A stretch of 64,000 nt of DNA from a virus (taxonomy: Duplodnaviria; Heunggongvirae; Uroviricota; Caudoviricetes), in the IMG/VR virus record IMGVR_UViG_3300029935_000001, positions 64,001 to 128,000 of that record; one strand, 5' to 3'. Positions within the stretch are counted from its first letter, which is position 1. Every line of letters starts with the position of its first letter. Shown in pieces: positions 39,762 to 49,489 of the stretch. A model generated the notes under the pieces. That model had not been told where the DNA came from. It saw only the letters and a list, made by a program, of their open reading frames with translations, and did no database searches. The position numbers and the translations under genes are program-made.

Positions 39762-41632
39762 CACGGGTGTAGCACCCAAGTCCGAGTGCCGCAGTCCCAT
39801 ATTCGCAAGTATCCGAGACCGGCAGTGATTTCTCGTTCGGTTTTATTTGGGTCGTGACCTTGCTCAACTAACTTAAATTTGGCCATTGAAAATCTGTTTT
39901 TTATTTCTCCAGTGGATGGGTGAAAATAAAAATAACCTGCTTTGGTCTCGTTAGTTAATGAAAACCCAAGTTTTTGGTACATACCGCCGGTACTATATTC
40001 ATTATCTGAGTATGATGTAATGGTCGTAGGATGTTGCGTCTTGATAAAATGTTTTAGCAATTTTGACGCACCCCCAACTACTGAACACGATGTAGCATAT
40101 CTAACAAGTTCAAACCAGCAAGCGTTTTTGTTTTTTCCGCCGATACCAGCTCTTTTTCGCGAAAAAGTCATTACGGCTACAATTTCGCCTTTATATTTCA
40201 ACCCATATTGAAATGGAGTAACGCAATAACCTTGGATATGATTTTTATCTAAAAACGGTCGTGATTCTTTTGTTGTTAGCTGTACCACTTGCGTTTGTCT
40301 GGCAAATACTTTCGGCGCATTAGAATGATTGAGTTTGTGACGAATTTTGGCCTTCCATATATCTTTTTTGGTGTCCCACGAATGACTAAAGATGGATAGC
40401 AGCAAAATACCTTTTGCTTCACATTCTTTGAATTTGCGATAATGGTATAATGGGTCGATTCGTTCGTGGCCATCGTGGTGCCAGAATAATCCGTTGAACT
40501 CAATTGCTATATTATAGTCTGGTAAGAAAATGTCAATTTCTTTTGGAGGAATAACTTGTTTTGAGTTACACACAATATTAGAAACTCCGAGAGATTCTAA
40601 AAATAAGACAATTTCTTTTTCAAACGAGGACCTGTATTTGTCGCGAAGATCGTGTATAGCAAGATACTTATACACTGTGACTATATGAACTTCTAATTTA
40701 GAGGCTATTTCTTCAACAGACAACGCAGGAAATAATTCTAGAAGTTTTTCTTTGTCTCTAAGGACTATGAGATTTGGATTTTGGCTATTTTCTGTCAAAA
40801 CTCCAGGATTTCTAACCCCGTATTTTTCAAGACAAGTGCGTTTTGCTTTTTCGAGGTTATTGTAATTCTCGTCGCCGTACCGAGCTTTTTTGGTTTGTTT
40901 TACTTTCGTTTTGTATTCGTTGGTTTTTGAGTAATATTCAACGCCGTGATTTTTAACGGTAGAATTACGTATTTTATTCTGAATATCGGGGTGGGCAAAT
41001 GGATTACCACCGTATTTTTTAAATAGCTTCGCCCTAGCTGCTACCATTAGTCCGCCGTGTTTTTCTTGCTGAGTAGTGAGGGCTTTTTCTAAAATTTCTT
41101 TTGACTGAAATGGAGACTCGACTCCGTAACGTTCTAAGTTAGTAGTCTTAATTTTTTCTTTAATAATTGCCGAAGCAAACGGCGATTCAGCTCCATACCT
41201 TTCGAGGTTAGTGGCTTTAATTTTTTCTTTTACTTCCTTGGCTTTTGCTGCGTTAGTGCAGCCGTATCTCTCAAGAGTTGTTTGCTGCATTTTTTTGAAA
41301 CGAACAGCAGTTGTTTCTTTGTCTTGTTGCTGCCAGTTTTCTTTAAGTTTTTCGGAGTGATGCTCGCGGCTACATTGGCATTTATTTCTCGGACCGCAAA
41401 ACTGCCGATACCCTTTTTCGAGCGTATTGAAACTACGCTTGTTATTATGCTGGCAATACGGTGAGATTTGGTGCTCCCATAGATAAACTCGCTCAGGAAC
41501 AGATAGGTCGGTATATTGTGCAGTTTCTTCGCAGATATGCGACCATAGTCCAGCATCGCGTGTAATAGCTTTACAGATTAGTTTCGGCGGATATTTTTCT
41601 TTAAGCGAGTGATATTGTTGGATAAAATTCAT
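39761..41632 (-). CDS. Free-standing putative homing endonuclease, same family as 23299..24897
   Basis: Repeated T.LERYG, KEIDIFLPDYNIAIEFNGLFWH, FELVRYA...VGGASKL..SYSD and RIWDCG. Visibly AT-richer than its neighbours, in opposite orientation, with CATAAATA at 41651-41658 (minus). Confidence 0.75.
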   Translation of the reverse strand: MNFIQQYHSLKEKYPPKLICKAITRDAGLWSHICEETAQYTDLSVPERVYLWEHQISPYCQHNNKRSFNTLEKGYRQFCGPRNKCQCSREHHSEKLKENWQQQDKETTAVRFKKMQQTTLERYGCTNAAKAKEVKEKIKATNLERYGAESPFASAIIKEKIKTTNLERYGVESPFQSKEILEKALTTQQEKHGGLMVAARAKLFKKYGGNPFAHPDIQNKIRNSTVKNHGVEYYSKTNEYKTKVKQTKKARYGDENYNNLEKAKRTCLEKYGVRNPGVLTENSQNPNLIVLRDKEKLLELFPALSVEEIASKLEVHIVTVYKYLAIHDLRDKYRSSFEKEIVLFLESLGVSNIVCNSKQVIPPKEIDIFLPDYNIAIEFNGLFWHHDGHERIDPLYHYRKFKECEAKGILLLSIFSHSWDTKKDIWKAKIRHKLNHSNAPKVFARQTQVVQLTTKESRPFLDKNHIQGYCVTPFQYGLKYKGEIVAVMTFSRKRAGIGGKNKNACWFELVRYATSCSVVGGASKLLKHFIKTQHPTTITSYSDNEYSTGGMYQKLGFSLTNETKAGYFYFHPSTGEIKNRFSMAKFKLVEQGHDPNKTEREITAGLGYLRIWDCGTRTWVLHP

Positions 41633-41701
41633 ACTATGACCATGCTGTATTATTTATGACTATAACATAGCAAATAATAAAGTCGAGGAAATAGGTAAAA
41701 C

Positions 41702-41724
41702 AAAAGCCCCGCAAGGGGCTTTTT
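41702..41724. terminator. Second terminator, near copy of the one at 39736
   Basis: AAAAGCCCC-GCAA-GGGGCTTTTT. Confidence 0.85.
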
Positions 41725-42080
41725 CACGGGCGCAAAATCCATTTCTTCTTTCCGCAATCCCATACTTTTAACAAGCCCATTTCTTTGGTTATTTGTGATT
41801 CGGTCAACTCGCTACTATATCCAAGCTGTATTAGTTTCTGTTTATTGAATGAGTACCTGTGATACAACCGATGCTCATTTGGTTTTAAATACCAGTAACT
41901 GGGGGCAACTTCCTTGACTAGCGTAAACCCAATCGCGTTATACAGATTGCCTGTGCTCCATTCGTTATCAGAATAGGAAATAACAGTTGCGTCTGGATAA
42001 TCTTTTTTGAACTGTGCCAATAGCTTGCTAGCACCGCCGATTACTCGACCGCCGCAAAAAGCTACCTAAGTTAGTTGAGC
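41724..42080 (-). pseudogene. C-terminal remnant of a third endonuclease paralogue
   Basis: GRVIGGASKLLAQF...ISYSDNEWSTG.LY..IGF...KVWDCG...WILRP aligns by eye with the C-terminus of 39761..41632. Upstream the frame is broken (CAA CTA ACT TAG GTA GCT where a QLxRYA-like motif is expected) and the nuclease domain is absent. Confidence 0.8.
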
Positions 42081-42369
42081 AACTGGTGCAATTTGAATTA
42101 TCAAAAGGCAAGTAAAATATTAGAAACTATGATTTGGTATTACCCAGCGCATTTACTGGTTAGCACCTAATAGGAGTCCAGTGGGCTAATACTATTAAAG
42201 AACGAAGAGTGCGTTCTGCTTTGTGTAATGAATGATAGCAGTGGCTACACTAGCAATGTCTAGAATCGACGGATGCTCTGTGAACTGCGGGCTTTTCTTT
42301 TATTTATTCTGTTAGATTACTAAAATTAGTGACTCTGGTAAATATTAGAAGGATCAGGAAATCATTTTT

Positions 42370-43512
42370 ATGGCATCAAGAATTCGGCATAAACGCAGTT
42401 CAGTCCCGGGAAAAATTCCCACGTCGCTCCAACTTGAAGTGGGCGAGTTGGCCATTAACTGTGCCGATAAGGCTGTATATACAAAAGATTCATCTAACAT
42501 TATAGTTGCTCTTAACGATTGGGAAAATATAGCCAATAGACCGGTTATTAGCACAGTCTCAGATGAATTATACATAGGCGCATCTGCTCCGCCCGCGACT
42601 GAATACGCATATTGGTGGGATCAAAACTCGCAGATTTTCAGTGTCTCGGTTTCGGGTACGTGGCAACAGTGCAGCACTGGGCCAGTTGGTGAGATAATCG
42701 ATATTCCTGTGTTACAAACAAGAGAATATCTAACAGCAGACAGAACATATTATGTTGATTCAACGGGGTCTAACTCGAACAACGGACTAACCGCTGGTAT
42801 GCCATTTGCTACAATTCAATATGCAGTTGATTTTGTAGCAAACAATATTGATTTAGGCGGCCGAACAGTAACCATTCAACTTGCAGACGGCACATTCAAT
42901 GAATCGGTGACTCTAAAGCAATTGGTTGGTTATAGCAGTGTAGCCTCAGTGGGAGTAATAATTCAAGGCAACCAGTCAAATATTTCTGCAGTCACCATTC
43001 AAGGCGACGGAGCAAGACCATGGGCAGTTGCATCAACTTCGGCCGAAAAAGGGTATTTGCTGCGATATATGCGAATACAGAATTCCGCCACTGCCGGAAA
43101 TTCGCTTGTAGCAGCAAAGAATTCAGTAGTACGTATTTCTCAAATTAATTTTGGAAGTTCTGCAGCGGCTCATATGTTTGTATACGAAGGCGCCCAAATT
43201 GAAATATCCGGCGGCTACTTAATAAGCGGCGGTGCTCAGCGACACATGCTTTCAAATTCTAAAGGTAATATTATTTTTGTTACTGCCCAAACAGTAACAA
43301 TAACTGGCTCTCCAACATTTTCGACAGTATTTGCTAGGGCAGCTCTCGGTGGTAGCATCATTTACCGAGCAACAGTTACGTACTCTGGCAGTGCTACTGG
43401 TAAAAGATACGAAGCTACGCTACTTGGGTTAGTAGACACTAATGGCGCTGGAACTTCATACCTACCAGGCAATACTGCAGGGACAGTCGGCACCGGCGGA
43501 ATATATTACTAA
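42370..43512 (+). CDS. Tail fibre/spike paralogue 1 (shared N-terminal module plus beta-helix-like body)
   Basis: HKRSSVPGKIPT..L..GELAIN N-terminus and RTYYVDSTGSNSNNGLT...PFATIQ.A. TAAATA lies at 42339-42344. Confidence 0.7.
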   Translation: MASRIRHKRSSVPGKIPTSLQLEVGELAINCADKAVYTKDSSNIIVALNDWENIANRPVISTVSDELYIGASAPPATEYAYWWDQNSQIFSVSVSGTWQQCSTGPVGEIIDIPVLQTREYLTADRTYYVDSTGSNSNNGLTAGMPFATIQYAVDFVANNIDLGGRTVTIQLADGTFNESVTLKQLVGYSSVASVGVIIQGNQSNISAVTIQGDGARPWAVASTSAEKGYLLRYMRIQNSATAGNSLVAAKNSVVRISQINFGSSAAAHMFVYEGAQIEISGGYLISGGAQRHMLSNSKGNIIFVTAQTVTITGSPTFSTVFARAALGGSIIYRATVTYSGSATGKRYEATLLGLVDTNGAGTSYLPGNTAGTVGTGGIYY

Positions 43513-43523
43513 GGACAATAATC

Positions 43524-44672
43524 GTGGCTCCAACAATTAAACACAAACGCAGCTTGGTACCTGCTAAAATTCCCACAACTGAGCAATTAGAAATCGGTGC
43601 GTTAGCAATTAACGCAGCCGATAAGATACTTTATACAAAAAATTCTGCTGGTGATATAGTAGCAATCAATGATTGGGCAAACGTTCAAAATAAGCCAGAC
43701 GTGAGTGCTTGGCAAGGCAGTTCGTCGTTGTTCACCGGCAACACTGCACCAAACGTTAACACGTATTCCTTTTGGTGGAACACATCTACAAACACATTGT
43801 GGACCGCAGTGAATGATAGTGTAAACCCGAGAACATGGGTAGAAACTGTTACTCCGCAACCGGGCGCCGAGCTACACACAAGCTCAACATACCTGCGCGA
43901 AAGATTAACGACACAAAGAATATACTACGTGGCTACAAATGGTAGCAACAGCAACACCGGATTAACAGAAACAACACCGTTTGCTACCATTCAGAAAGCG
44001 ATAGATACTGTAGCAGCATTAGATATATCTACAGGGTCAGTTATAATTCAGCTAGCAGATGGGACATATAACGAATCTGTTACATTGAAACACATCGTCG
44101 GAGCTGACAACACAGGCATAAAAGTGACAATTCAAGGCAATCTGTCAAACATGTCTGCTGTTACAGTTAATGCGGTTTCAAACGGATGTTTTTATAGTGC
44201 CGGAACAACCAGTTGGATAATTCGCAACATCAAAGTAACATGTTCTGTAGCCGGAACGTATTGTATTAATGCTGCGTTCAATTCTGTAATACGCTTTTTA
44301 AATATAGACTTTGGGTCAGCTACCGCCGGCCACATTGGTGTGTTTACCGGGAGCCTGGTAGAAGCAATCGGGGCGTATGTGATAAGCGGCAATGGACAAT
44401 ATCACATTTATGTAACTGATGGATCTGAAGCCAGAATTGTGAATACTCCTGTGACGTTAAATGGAACTCGCAATTTTTCTACTGCTTTTTGTGGAGTAAG
44501 TAGATCGTCGTTGCTTTACGGGCAAGGTGCTACGTTCACTGGCAGTGCTGTTGGCAGTCGTTATTCTGTAGACAGATTAAGCATAATCAGCGTCGCAGGA
44601 GCGACTCTAACTTTTTTTCCTGGCAACATTGCAGGAACAACTAGCACCGGCGGTATTTATATTTACAATTGA
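43524..44672 (+). CDS. Tail fibre/spike paralogue 2 (GTG start)
   Basis: Same architecture as 42370..43512, with an AAGGA Shine-Dalgarno. Confidence 0.7.
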   Translation: MAPTIKHKRSLVPAKIPTTEQLEIGALAINAADKILYTKNSAGDIVAINDWANVQNKPDVSAWQGSSSLFTGNTAPNVNTYSFWWNTSTNTLWTAVNDSVNPRTWVETVTPQPGAELHTSSTYLRERLTTQRIYYVATNGSNSNTGLTETTPFATIQKAIDTVAALDISTGSVIIQLADGTYNESVTLKHIVGADNTGIKVTIQGNLSNMSAVTVNAVSNGCFYSAGTTSWIIRNIKVTCSVAGTYCINAAFNSVIRFLNIDFGSATAGHIGVFTGSLVEAIGAYVISGNGQYHIYVTDGSEARIVNTPVTLNGTRNFSTAFCGVSRSSLLYGQGATFTGSAVGSRYSVDRLSIISVAGATLTFFPGNIAGTTSTGGIYIYN

Positions 44673-44682
44673 GGCTTAGCGG

Positions 44683-45822
44683 ATGACAACAATTAAATTA
44701 AAAAGAAGTTCAATTCAAGGGAAAGTTCCTACCACTGAGCAATTAGCATTGGGCGAATTAGCTATTAATACTACTGACATTGCACTGTATACCAAGGATA
44801 CGTCAGGTAACGTGATAGCGTTAAACGACTGGAACAATTTACTTAACAAACCAGATTTGACTTCGCTCCCTTCTACTGCAAGTGTCTTTTTTGGAACTAC
44901 CGCGCCGGAAATTGATGAATACGAATTTTGGTTCCACATTGGCAACGGGCGTTTATATGTAGGTCAGCCTGCAACTAGCGATAACGCAGCCGGGTGGACG
45001 GTGGTGTATAGTGGATCGCGTGGCACTTCTAACGTGCCTGTGGGTAATTCATTAGTGGTGTCTGAGCGGTTAATAGCGGACAGAACATACTATGTGTCTC
45101 CGCACGGCAACGACCGGAATGACGGGTTAACACCCGCTACTCCATTTAGAACTATTATGATGGCTATGTCTGCGGTGCAGAAGCTCGACGCATCTTCATT
45201 TAGCGTAACTGTTCAATTATTAAAAGGGACGTATTTAGAGGAAGTTAATTTGCCTGTTGTAGTTGGGGCAACAAGCGGGTCAGTGTGCTCCCTCAGAGGA
45301 AATTTGCAGAATGCGACTGACGTGTTGATTAAATCGCCGTCGCCTGCTATAACAAATAGCGGGAATACTCTTTGGAAGGTAGAGGCTCTAACAGTAGAGT
45401 CTACTGCTGGCTCGGGAATTGTAGCTCGCCGCGGCGGAAAAATAGAGCTATCCCAAGTTAGGATAGGGCAATGTGCAGGGAATCATCAACTTCAGGCAGC
45501 GTCTGAAGGAAGAATATACATAACGAACAACTGCGATTTTTATGGCGGCGGATTTAGTTGTCTTTTCTCAAATGCAAATGGTGCAATAGTAATCTCCCCG
45601 GGAGTTACTCTGACGTTCTATGCTAATCCTGTATATAATACTGTAGTTGCTTGTTATAACGGCGCGTATATCGAAGCAGCATCTGTTACGTTAACCGGCA
45701 CGGCCACTGGTTATAGGTACGTTGCTTCTGGGAATTCTTGTATATATACCGGTACTGGAAACGCCACTTATTTTCCTGGTTCACTGAGCGGAGCAGCAAC
45801 TAATGGAAGTCAATATTTCTAG
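44683..45822 (+). CDS. Tail fibre/spike paralogue 3
   Basis: Same architecture: LKRSSIQGKVPT..QL.LGELAIN and RTYYVSPHGNDRNDGLT. Confidence 0.7.
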   Translation: MTTIKLKRSSIQGKVPTTEQLALGELAINTTDIALYTKDTSGNVIALNDWNNLLNKPDLTSLPSTASVFFGTTAPEIDEYEFWFHIGNGRLYVGQPATSDNAAGWTVVYSGSRGTSNVPVGNSLVVSERLIADRTYYVSPHGNDRNDGLTPATPFRTIMMAMSAVQKLDASSFSVTVQLLKGTYLEEVNLPVVVGATSGSVCSLRGNLQNATDVLIKSPSPAITNSGNTLWKVEALTVESTAGSGIVARRGGKIELSQVRIGQCAGNHQLQAASEGRIYITNNCDFYGGGFSCLFSNANGAIVISPGVTLTFYANPVYNTVVACYNGAYIEAASVTLTGTATGYRYVASGNSCIYTGTGNATYFPGSLSGAATNGSQYF

Positions 45823-45887
45823 GCTCTGAATAAATAAAAGAGTAAGTATGCTTTGCATATTTTTACATTATTTTAAAGGAGCCGACT

Positions 45888-46844
45888 ATGGCAAGCATCA
45901 AACATAAACGATCCGCAGTTCCGGGTAAAATTCCTACTGCACTTCAGTTAGCCGCTGGAGAAATTGCAGTTAACACCGCCGATAAGTTACTTTACATTAA
46001 AGATTCGAGTAATAGTGTAGTAGCGATTAACGACTGGGCAAATATTGCTAATAAGCCATTGGATTTTGGTGGGTCAGGGTCTGGGCGCGAATTACTCACA
46101 GAACCTCGAACGTACTATGTTAGTACCACAGGTAATAATGCCAACAATGGGTTGACAGCAGGCACCCCGTTTCAGACTATTCAACATGCTGTAAACGTAG
46201 TTCAGAATCTTGACTTGAGCACCCACAACGTAATAATTCAATTAGCTGATGGGTCATACGCAGAAAACGTATTGCTTCGTAATACCATTGGCGCAGGTCT
46301 TCCGATTATTCGCGGAAATTTAGCCACACCGGGAAACGTGTCTCTATCCGGTCCGGCCGGATCAACCTTAATCTCAGTGAACCGCGGGGGCATGTGGAAC
46401 GTACAAGGGATGTCGTTTACTGGTGGAGCAATTCACCTAGCCTGTGATGGTTTGAGTTTATTGTCGTTCCGCGATGTGCGCTTTGGTGCTGCTAGTGGCA
46501 GTCATATTGTTTGCTACAGCGGCCGAGTTCAATGTACAGGGTCGTATACAATTACTGCCGCAGCTACAGCATATCACATCAATGTTACAGGAACGGCAGC
46601 AGATTACATGTGTTCGGGTTCTGGGTTTGTAGTGACAGTTAACAGCAATCCAGTGTTTAATACATTCCTTAATGTCTCAACTGGGGGCACTGCTACCTTC
46701 TTTGGTACCACATTCTCTGGTGCAGCAAGCGGCAAGCGCTATAATGTTGAACTTAATGCTGCTATCCAAACTTTTGGGGCTGGCGCATCGTTTATACCTG
46801 GCACTATTGCAGGAACAGCAATAACCGGCGGCCAGTACGCGTAA
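45888..46844 (+). CDS. Tail fibre/spike paralogue 4 (lacks the ~60-aa linker of paralogues 1-3)
   Basis: Same architecture, with its own late promoter (45831-45836) and AAGGAG Shine-Dalgarno. Confidence 0.7.
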   Translation: MASIKHKRSAVPGKIPTALQLAAGEIAVNTADKLLYIKDSSNSVVAINDWANIANKPLDFGGSGSGRELLTEPRTYYVSTTGNNANNGLTAGTPFQTIQHAVNVVQNLDLSTHNVIIQLADGSYAENVLLRNTIGAGLPIIRGNLATPGNVSLSGPAGSTLISVNRGGMWNVQGMSFTGGAIHLACDGLSLLSFRDVRFGAASGSHIVCYSGRVQCTGSYTITAAATAYHINVTGTAADYMCSGSGFVVTVNSNPVFNTFLNVSTGGTATFFGTTFSGAASGKRYNVELNAAIQTFGAGASFIPGTIAGTAITGGQYA

Positions 46845-46919
46845 ATACACAGTTCGCCACAAAATGGTTTATGCAGACCCACTGCGTATAGCCTAGAACG
46901 CTAATTAAAGGAGAAACAA

Positions 46920-47381
46920 ATGGGAAGACCACTAAAAGTAGCAAAAGGCGAGAATAAAAGCTCGGCATTCAACAATCCAGCAGGTATTACAAACACCTAT
47001 GGTGTAGTCGGCGGGAATATTTTAATCCCTGGCACTCAAATTGTTTGCCGTGTGAAGGTTGGCGAAAACGCCGAATCTGTCGGATCGATTATTCGTCAGA
47101 AAGGGCGCGCTAAGTTTTTAGTTGAAGATGCCAGTGGCAACCGTGGCATCTGCACGTTGTCAGATTTGGCCGACGGCTCGTTAACAGCCAACACCATGAC
47201 AGTTACAACGTCAGTTGGTCGATTGTCTCGAATTACGAACCGCTGGGGACATGGTTTCGACGGCACCAAGTATTTGCTGTCGTTTAACGCTATAGCACCT
47301 GGCGCAACCGTGTATCCGACGGCTACTGTAGCATTCGACATCCCACCGGGGTCTATCGACGATGGCAGCACCATCATTTAA
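46920..47381 (+). CDS. Probable virion structural protein (153 aa)
   Basis: Strong AAGGAG Shine-Dalgarno and a late promoter at 46842-46847. MGRPLK N-terminus and IIRQKG..KFLV. Confidence 0.65.
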   Translation: MGRPLKVAKGENKSSAFNNPAGITNTYGVVGGNILIPGTQIVCRVKVGENAESVGSIIRQKGRAKFLVEDASGNRGICTLSDLADGSLTANTMTVTTSVGRLSRITNRWGHGFDGTKYLLSFNAIAPGATVYPTATVAFDIPPGSIDDGSTII

Positions 47382-47401
47382 CTACGCATAAAATACTGCC
47401 G

Positions 47402-47436
47402 AAAAACTCCCAGTGTAAATACATTGGGAGTTTTTT
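47402..47436 (+). promoter_or_regulatory. Hairpin with TAAATA at the loop and the Shine-Dalgarno in the 3' arm; also terminator-like
   Basis: AAAAACTCCCAGTGT-AAAT-ACATTGGGAGTTTTT, immediately followed by the ATG at 47437. Confidence 0.7.
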
Positions 47437-48009
47437 ATGATTATAGGGTTTGTTTTAGGCAACGGCAGCAGCCGCAAAGATATCGACCTCGACGTTTTAA
47501 AAGAAAAGGGGTTGCTCTACGGATGTAACGCGTTATATCGCGATTATATCCCTGACGTGTTAGTAGCCACCGATAAGCTAATTTCTACTGAAATCCAAAA
47601 GATTGGCTACAGTAAAAGGCATAGATTTTACACGCGCGTCCCTGAGGATGGCAAGGGTGCGTATCCTGTTCCTGCCCAATACTACGGGTTTAGTTCAGGT
47701 CCGATAGCGGTTGCGTTAGCTGCGCAGTATTGCGATGTTATTTTTATGTTAGGGTTTGATTTCGGCAGTGTCGACGGCGCGCGATTTAATAATGTTTATG
47801 CTGACACTCCCTTTTACAAAAAGTCAACTGACCCTGCTACACCAGGCGAAAACTGGATAAAGCAAATTACAAAAATCGCCGGCGATTTTCCAAACACATC
47901 TTTTGTTCGCGTAGTGTCTGACAGCAGTAAGTTTGTAGAGTTAAACCATATAAAGAATTTAGAAACACTGCCACTGAAATCGTTTTCCAAACTGCTAAAT
48001 ACGCTATAG
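47437..48009 (+). CDS. Rossmann-like Maf/GT29-GT42-like putative glycosyltransferase-fold protein
   Basis: FVLGNGSSR, YGCNALYRD..PD.LVATD and SSG..A..LA...C..IF.LGFD. Confidence 0.55.
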   Translation: MIIGFVLGNGSSRKDIDLDVLKEKGLLYGCNALYRDYIPDVLVATDKLISTEIQKIGYSKRHRFYTRVPEDGKGAYPVPAQYYGFSSGPIAVALAAQYCDVIFMLGFDFGSVDGARFNNVYADTPFYKKSTDPATPGENWIKQITKIAGDFPNTSFVRVVSDSSKFVELNHIKNLETLPLKSFSKLLNTL

Positions 48010-48019
48010 AGGAATAATA

Positions 48020-48673
48020 ATGGCCACAGTTAAACGATTATCGGGTGATTATAGCATAGTCACAGTCGGCTCCGACGACAATGTTAATATTCAAACTCGC
48101 ACGGTAAACATCGACGGCAATCTAAATGTTGTAGGCAATGTGCAGTTTGTTGGATCAATCACCGACATTCAAGTTCAAGAAGCTACTATTTCGGATCCGA
48201 TAATCACCGTCGGCGCCGGCAACGACGGTCTTTTTACAGCTCTCGGCATCGAAGTGGTAAAAAATCAAAGTTTAGGGTCTAAAGCCGGCCTCCGATGGAA
48301 CACTTTGTCAGATCACTGGGAAATCAGTAAAGATAACATTGTATGGCACCCAATTGGTGCGTCGGGGTTGTTGATAGACGACCCAAGCCCGACACTGTCG
48401 GCTCCGTTAAACACCAACAATCAGGCTATTACCGGACCAAACGACGTAACTATTTCGCCGACATCAACCATTGTTAATATCAATGCTTCGCTAAAGCTTC
48501 CTCACCAAACACTTGCGCCGGCTGCTGCTGTGGATTACACTATAGTCTATGCGCAAGCAATGAAAGAAGGTGGCACCGCACTGTATGTTTCGACATATGA
48601 TTCGGCGTTAAATGAAGTCAAAGACGAACTGGTGAGTAAGTCGAAGGCTATTATATATTCGATAATATTTTAA
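48020..48673 (+). CDS. Virion structural protein (fibre-associated)
   Basis: IDGNLNVVG and I.DPII segments resemble modules in 51204..56327. Late promoter at 47996-48001. Confidence 0.6.
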   Translation: MATVKRLSGDYSIVTVGSDDNVNIQTRTVNIDGNLNVVGNVQFVGSITDIQVQEATISDPIITVGAGNDGLFTALGIEVVKNQSLGSKAGLRWNTLSDHWEISKDNIVWHPIGASGLLIDDPSPTLSAPLNTNNQAITGPNDVTISPTSTIVNINASLKLPHQTLAPAAAVDYTIVYAQAMKEGGTALYVSTYDSALNEVKDELVSKSKAIIYSIIF

Positions 48674-48682
48674 GGATTAACT

Positions 48683-48997
48683 ATGGCAATCGCTAATACG
48701 CTTGTTGGTTCGGGCTCGAACACGATATTTTTGAGTTCTGGAAATACCGCAATTACATTTATGTCGTTGTGCAATACGCTGTCAGACTCAGTGACAGTGA
48801 GTGTTTACATTGTGCCGGCAGGCCAAACCCCGCTACCGCAGCATCTAATTGTGACAGATTTACTAATAGCCAGCAAAGACACATATATGTTTTACCATGC
48901 TGCTGAAAAAATTATTTTGTCTGATGGTGACTACGTTTATGTTGCCAGTTCCGACAACGATGCTATTGCCGCTTTCGTAAGTTACACAGGATTCTAA
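48683..48997 (+). CDS. Small beta-rich structural protein
   Basis: 104 aa with an AAGGA Shine-Dalgarno, within the structural operon. Confidence 0.65.
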   Translation: MAIANTLVGSGSNTIFLSSGNTAITFMSLCNTLSDSVTVSVYIVPAGQTPLPQHLIVTDLLIASKDTYMFYHAAEKIILSDGDYVYVASSDNDAIAAFVSYTGF

Positions 48998-48998
48998 G

Positions 48999-49466
48999 AT
49001 GGGCTACATGGTAAAAAACCGGCGAATTCAAGCAGGAGATTCGAGCATTGTGGCCCCTAAAGGCCCGACTGCGCATCGCCCGTTTGATCCAGTGCCAGGA
49101 CAAATCCGATATAATGAAGATTTGTGTAAGTTTGAATATTATACCGGATCGGGGTATAGAATAATTGCAACCGAAGGCAAAACTAACCTTACGGTTGATA
49201 CTTTTCTCGCCGACGGTAGTAGTGCCTGGTTTTCGGGTCTGTCGTATAATGTTGAAAATGCCAGCGATGTTTTAGTCTTTGTTGGTCATTTATACCAAAT
49301 CCCTAACGAAAGTTATACCGTTGACGGAACAGATACAATTTACTTTGCAGAAGTAGTTCCGCCGGGAGTTAACGTAAGCGTTATACATAATTTAGGCACT
49401 ACAACCACTGCTGGTTGCGCTATAGGGCCCGGCCCCGGCGCGATAGGGCCCGGCGTACCGCTCTAA
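48999..49466 (+). CDS. Small structural protein sharing modules with the long fibre proteins
   Basis: PKG.TA.RP..P..GQIRYN...FEYY.G, then F.ADG...F......VLVFV...YQ.P..SY.V.G. Confidence 0.7.
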   Translation: MGYMVKNRRIQAGDSSIVAPKGPTAHRPFDPVPGQIRYNEDLCKFEYYTGSGYRIIATEGKTNLTVDTFLADGSSAWFSGLSYNVENASDVLVFVGHLYQIPNESYTVDGTDTIYFAEVVPPGVNVSVIHNLGTTTTAGCAIGPGPGAIGPGVPL

Positions 49467-49489
49467 TTTTAAGCACTCAAGGATTGAAA

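Noticed and set aside
33853-49489. ORF-track starts at 33853, 35924 and 49415
   Set aside because: Downstream ATGs at 33868, 35969 and 49490 have proper Shine-Dalgarno sequences and avoid overlapping promoters or upstream genes.
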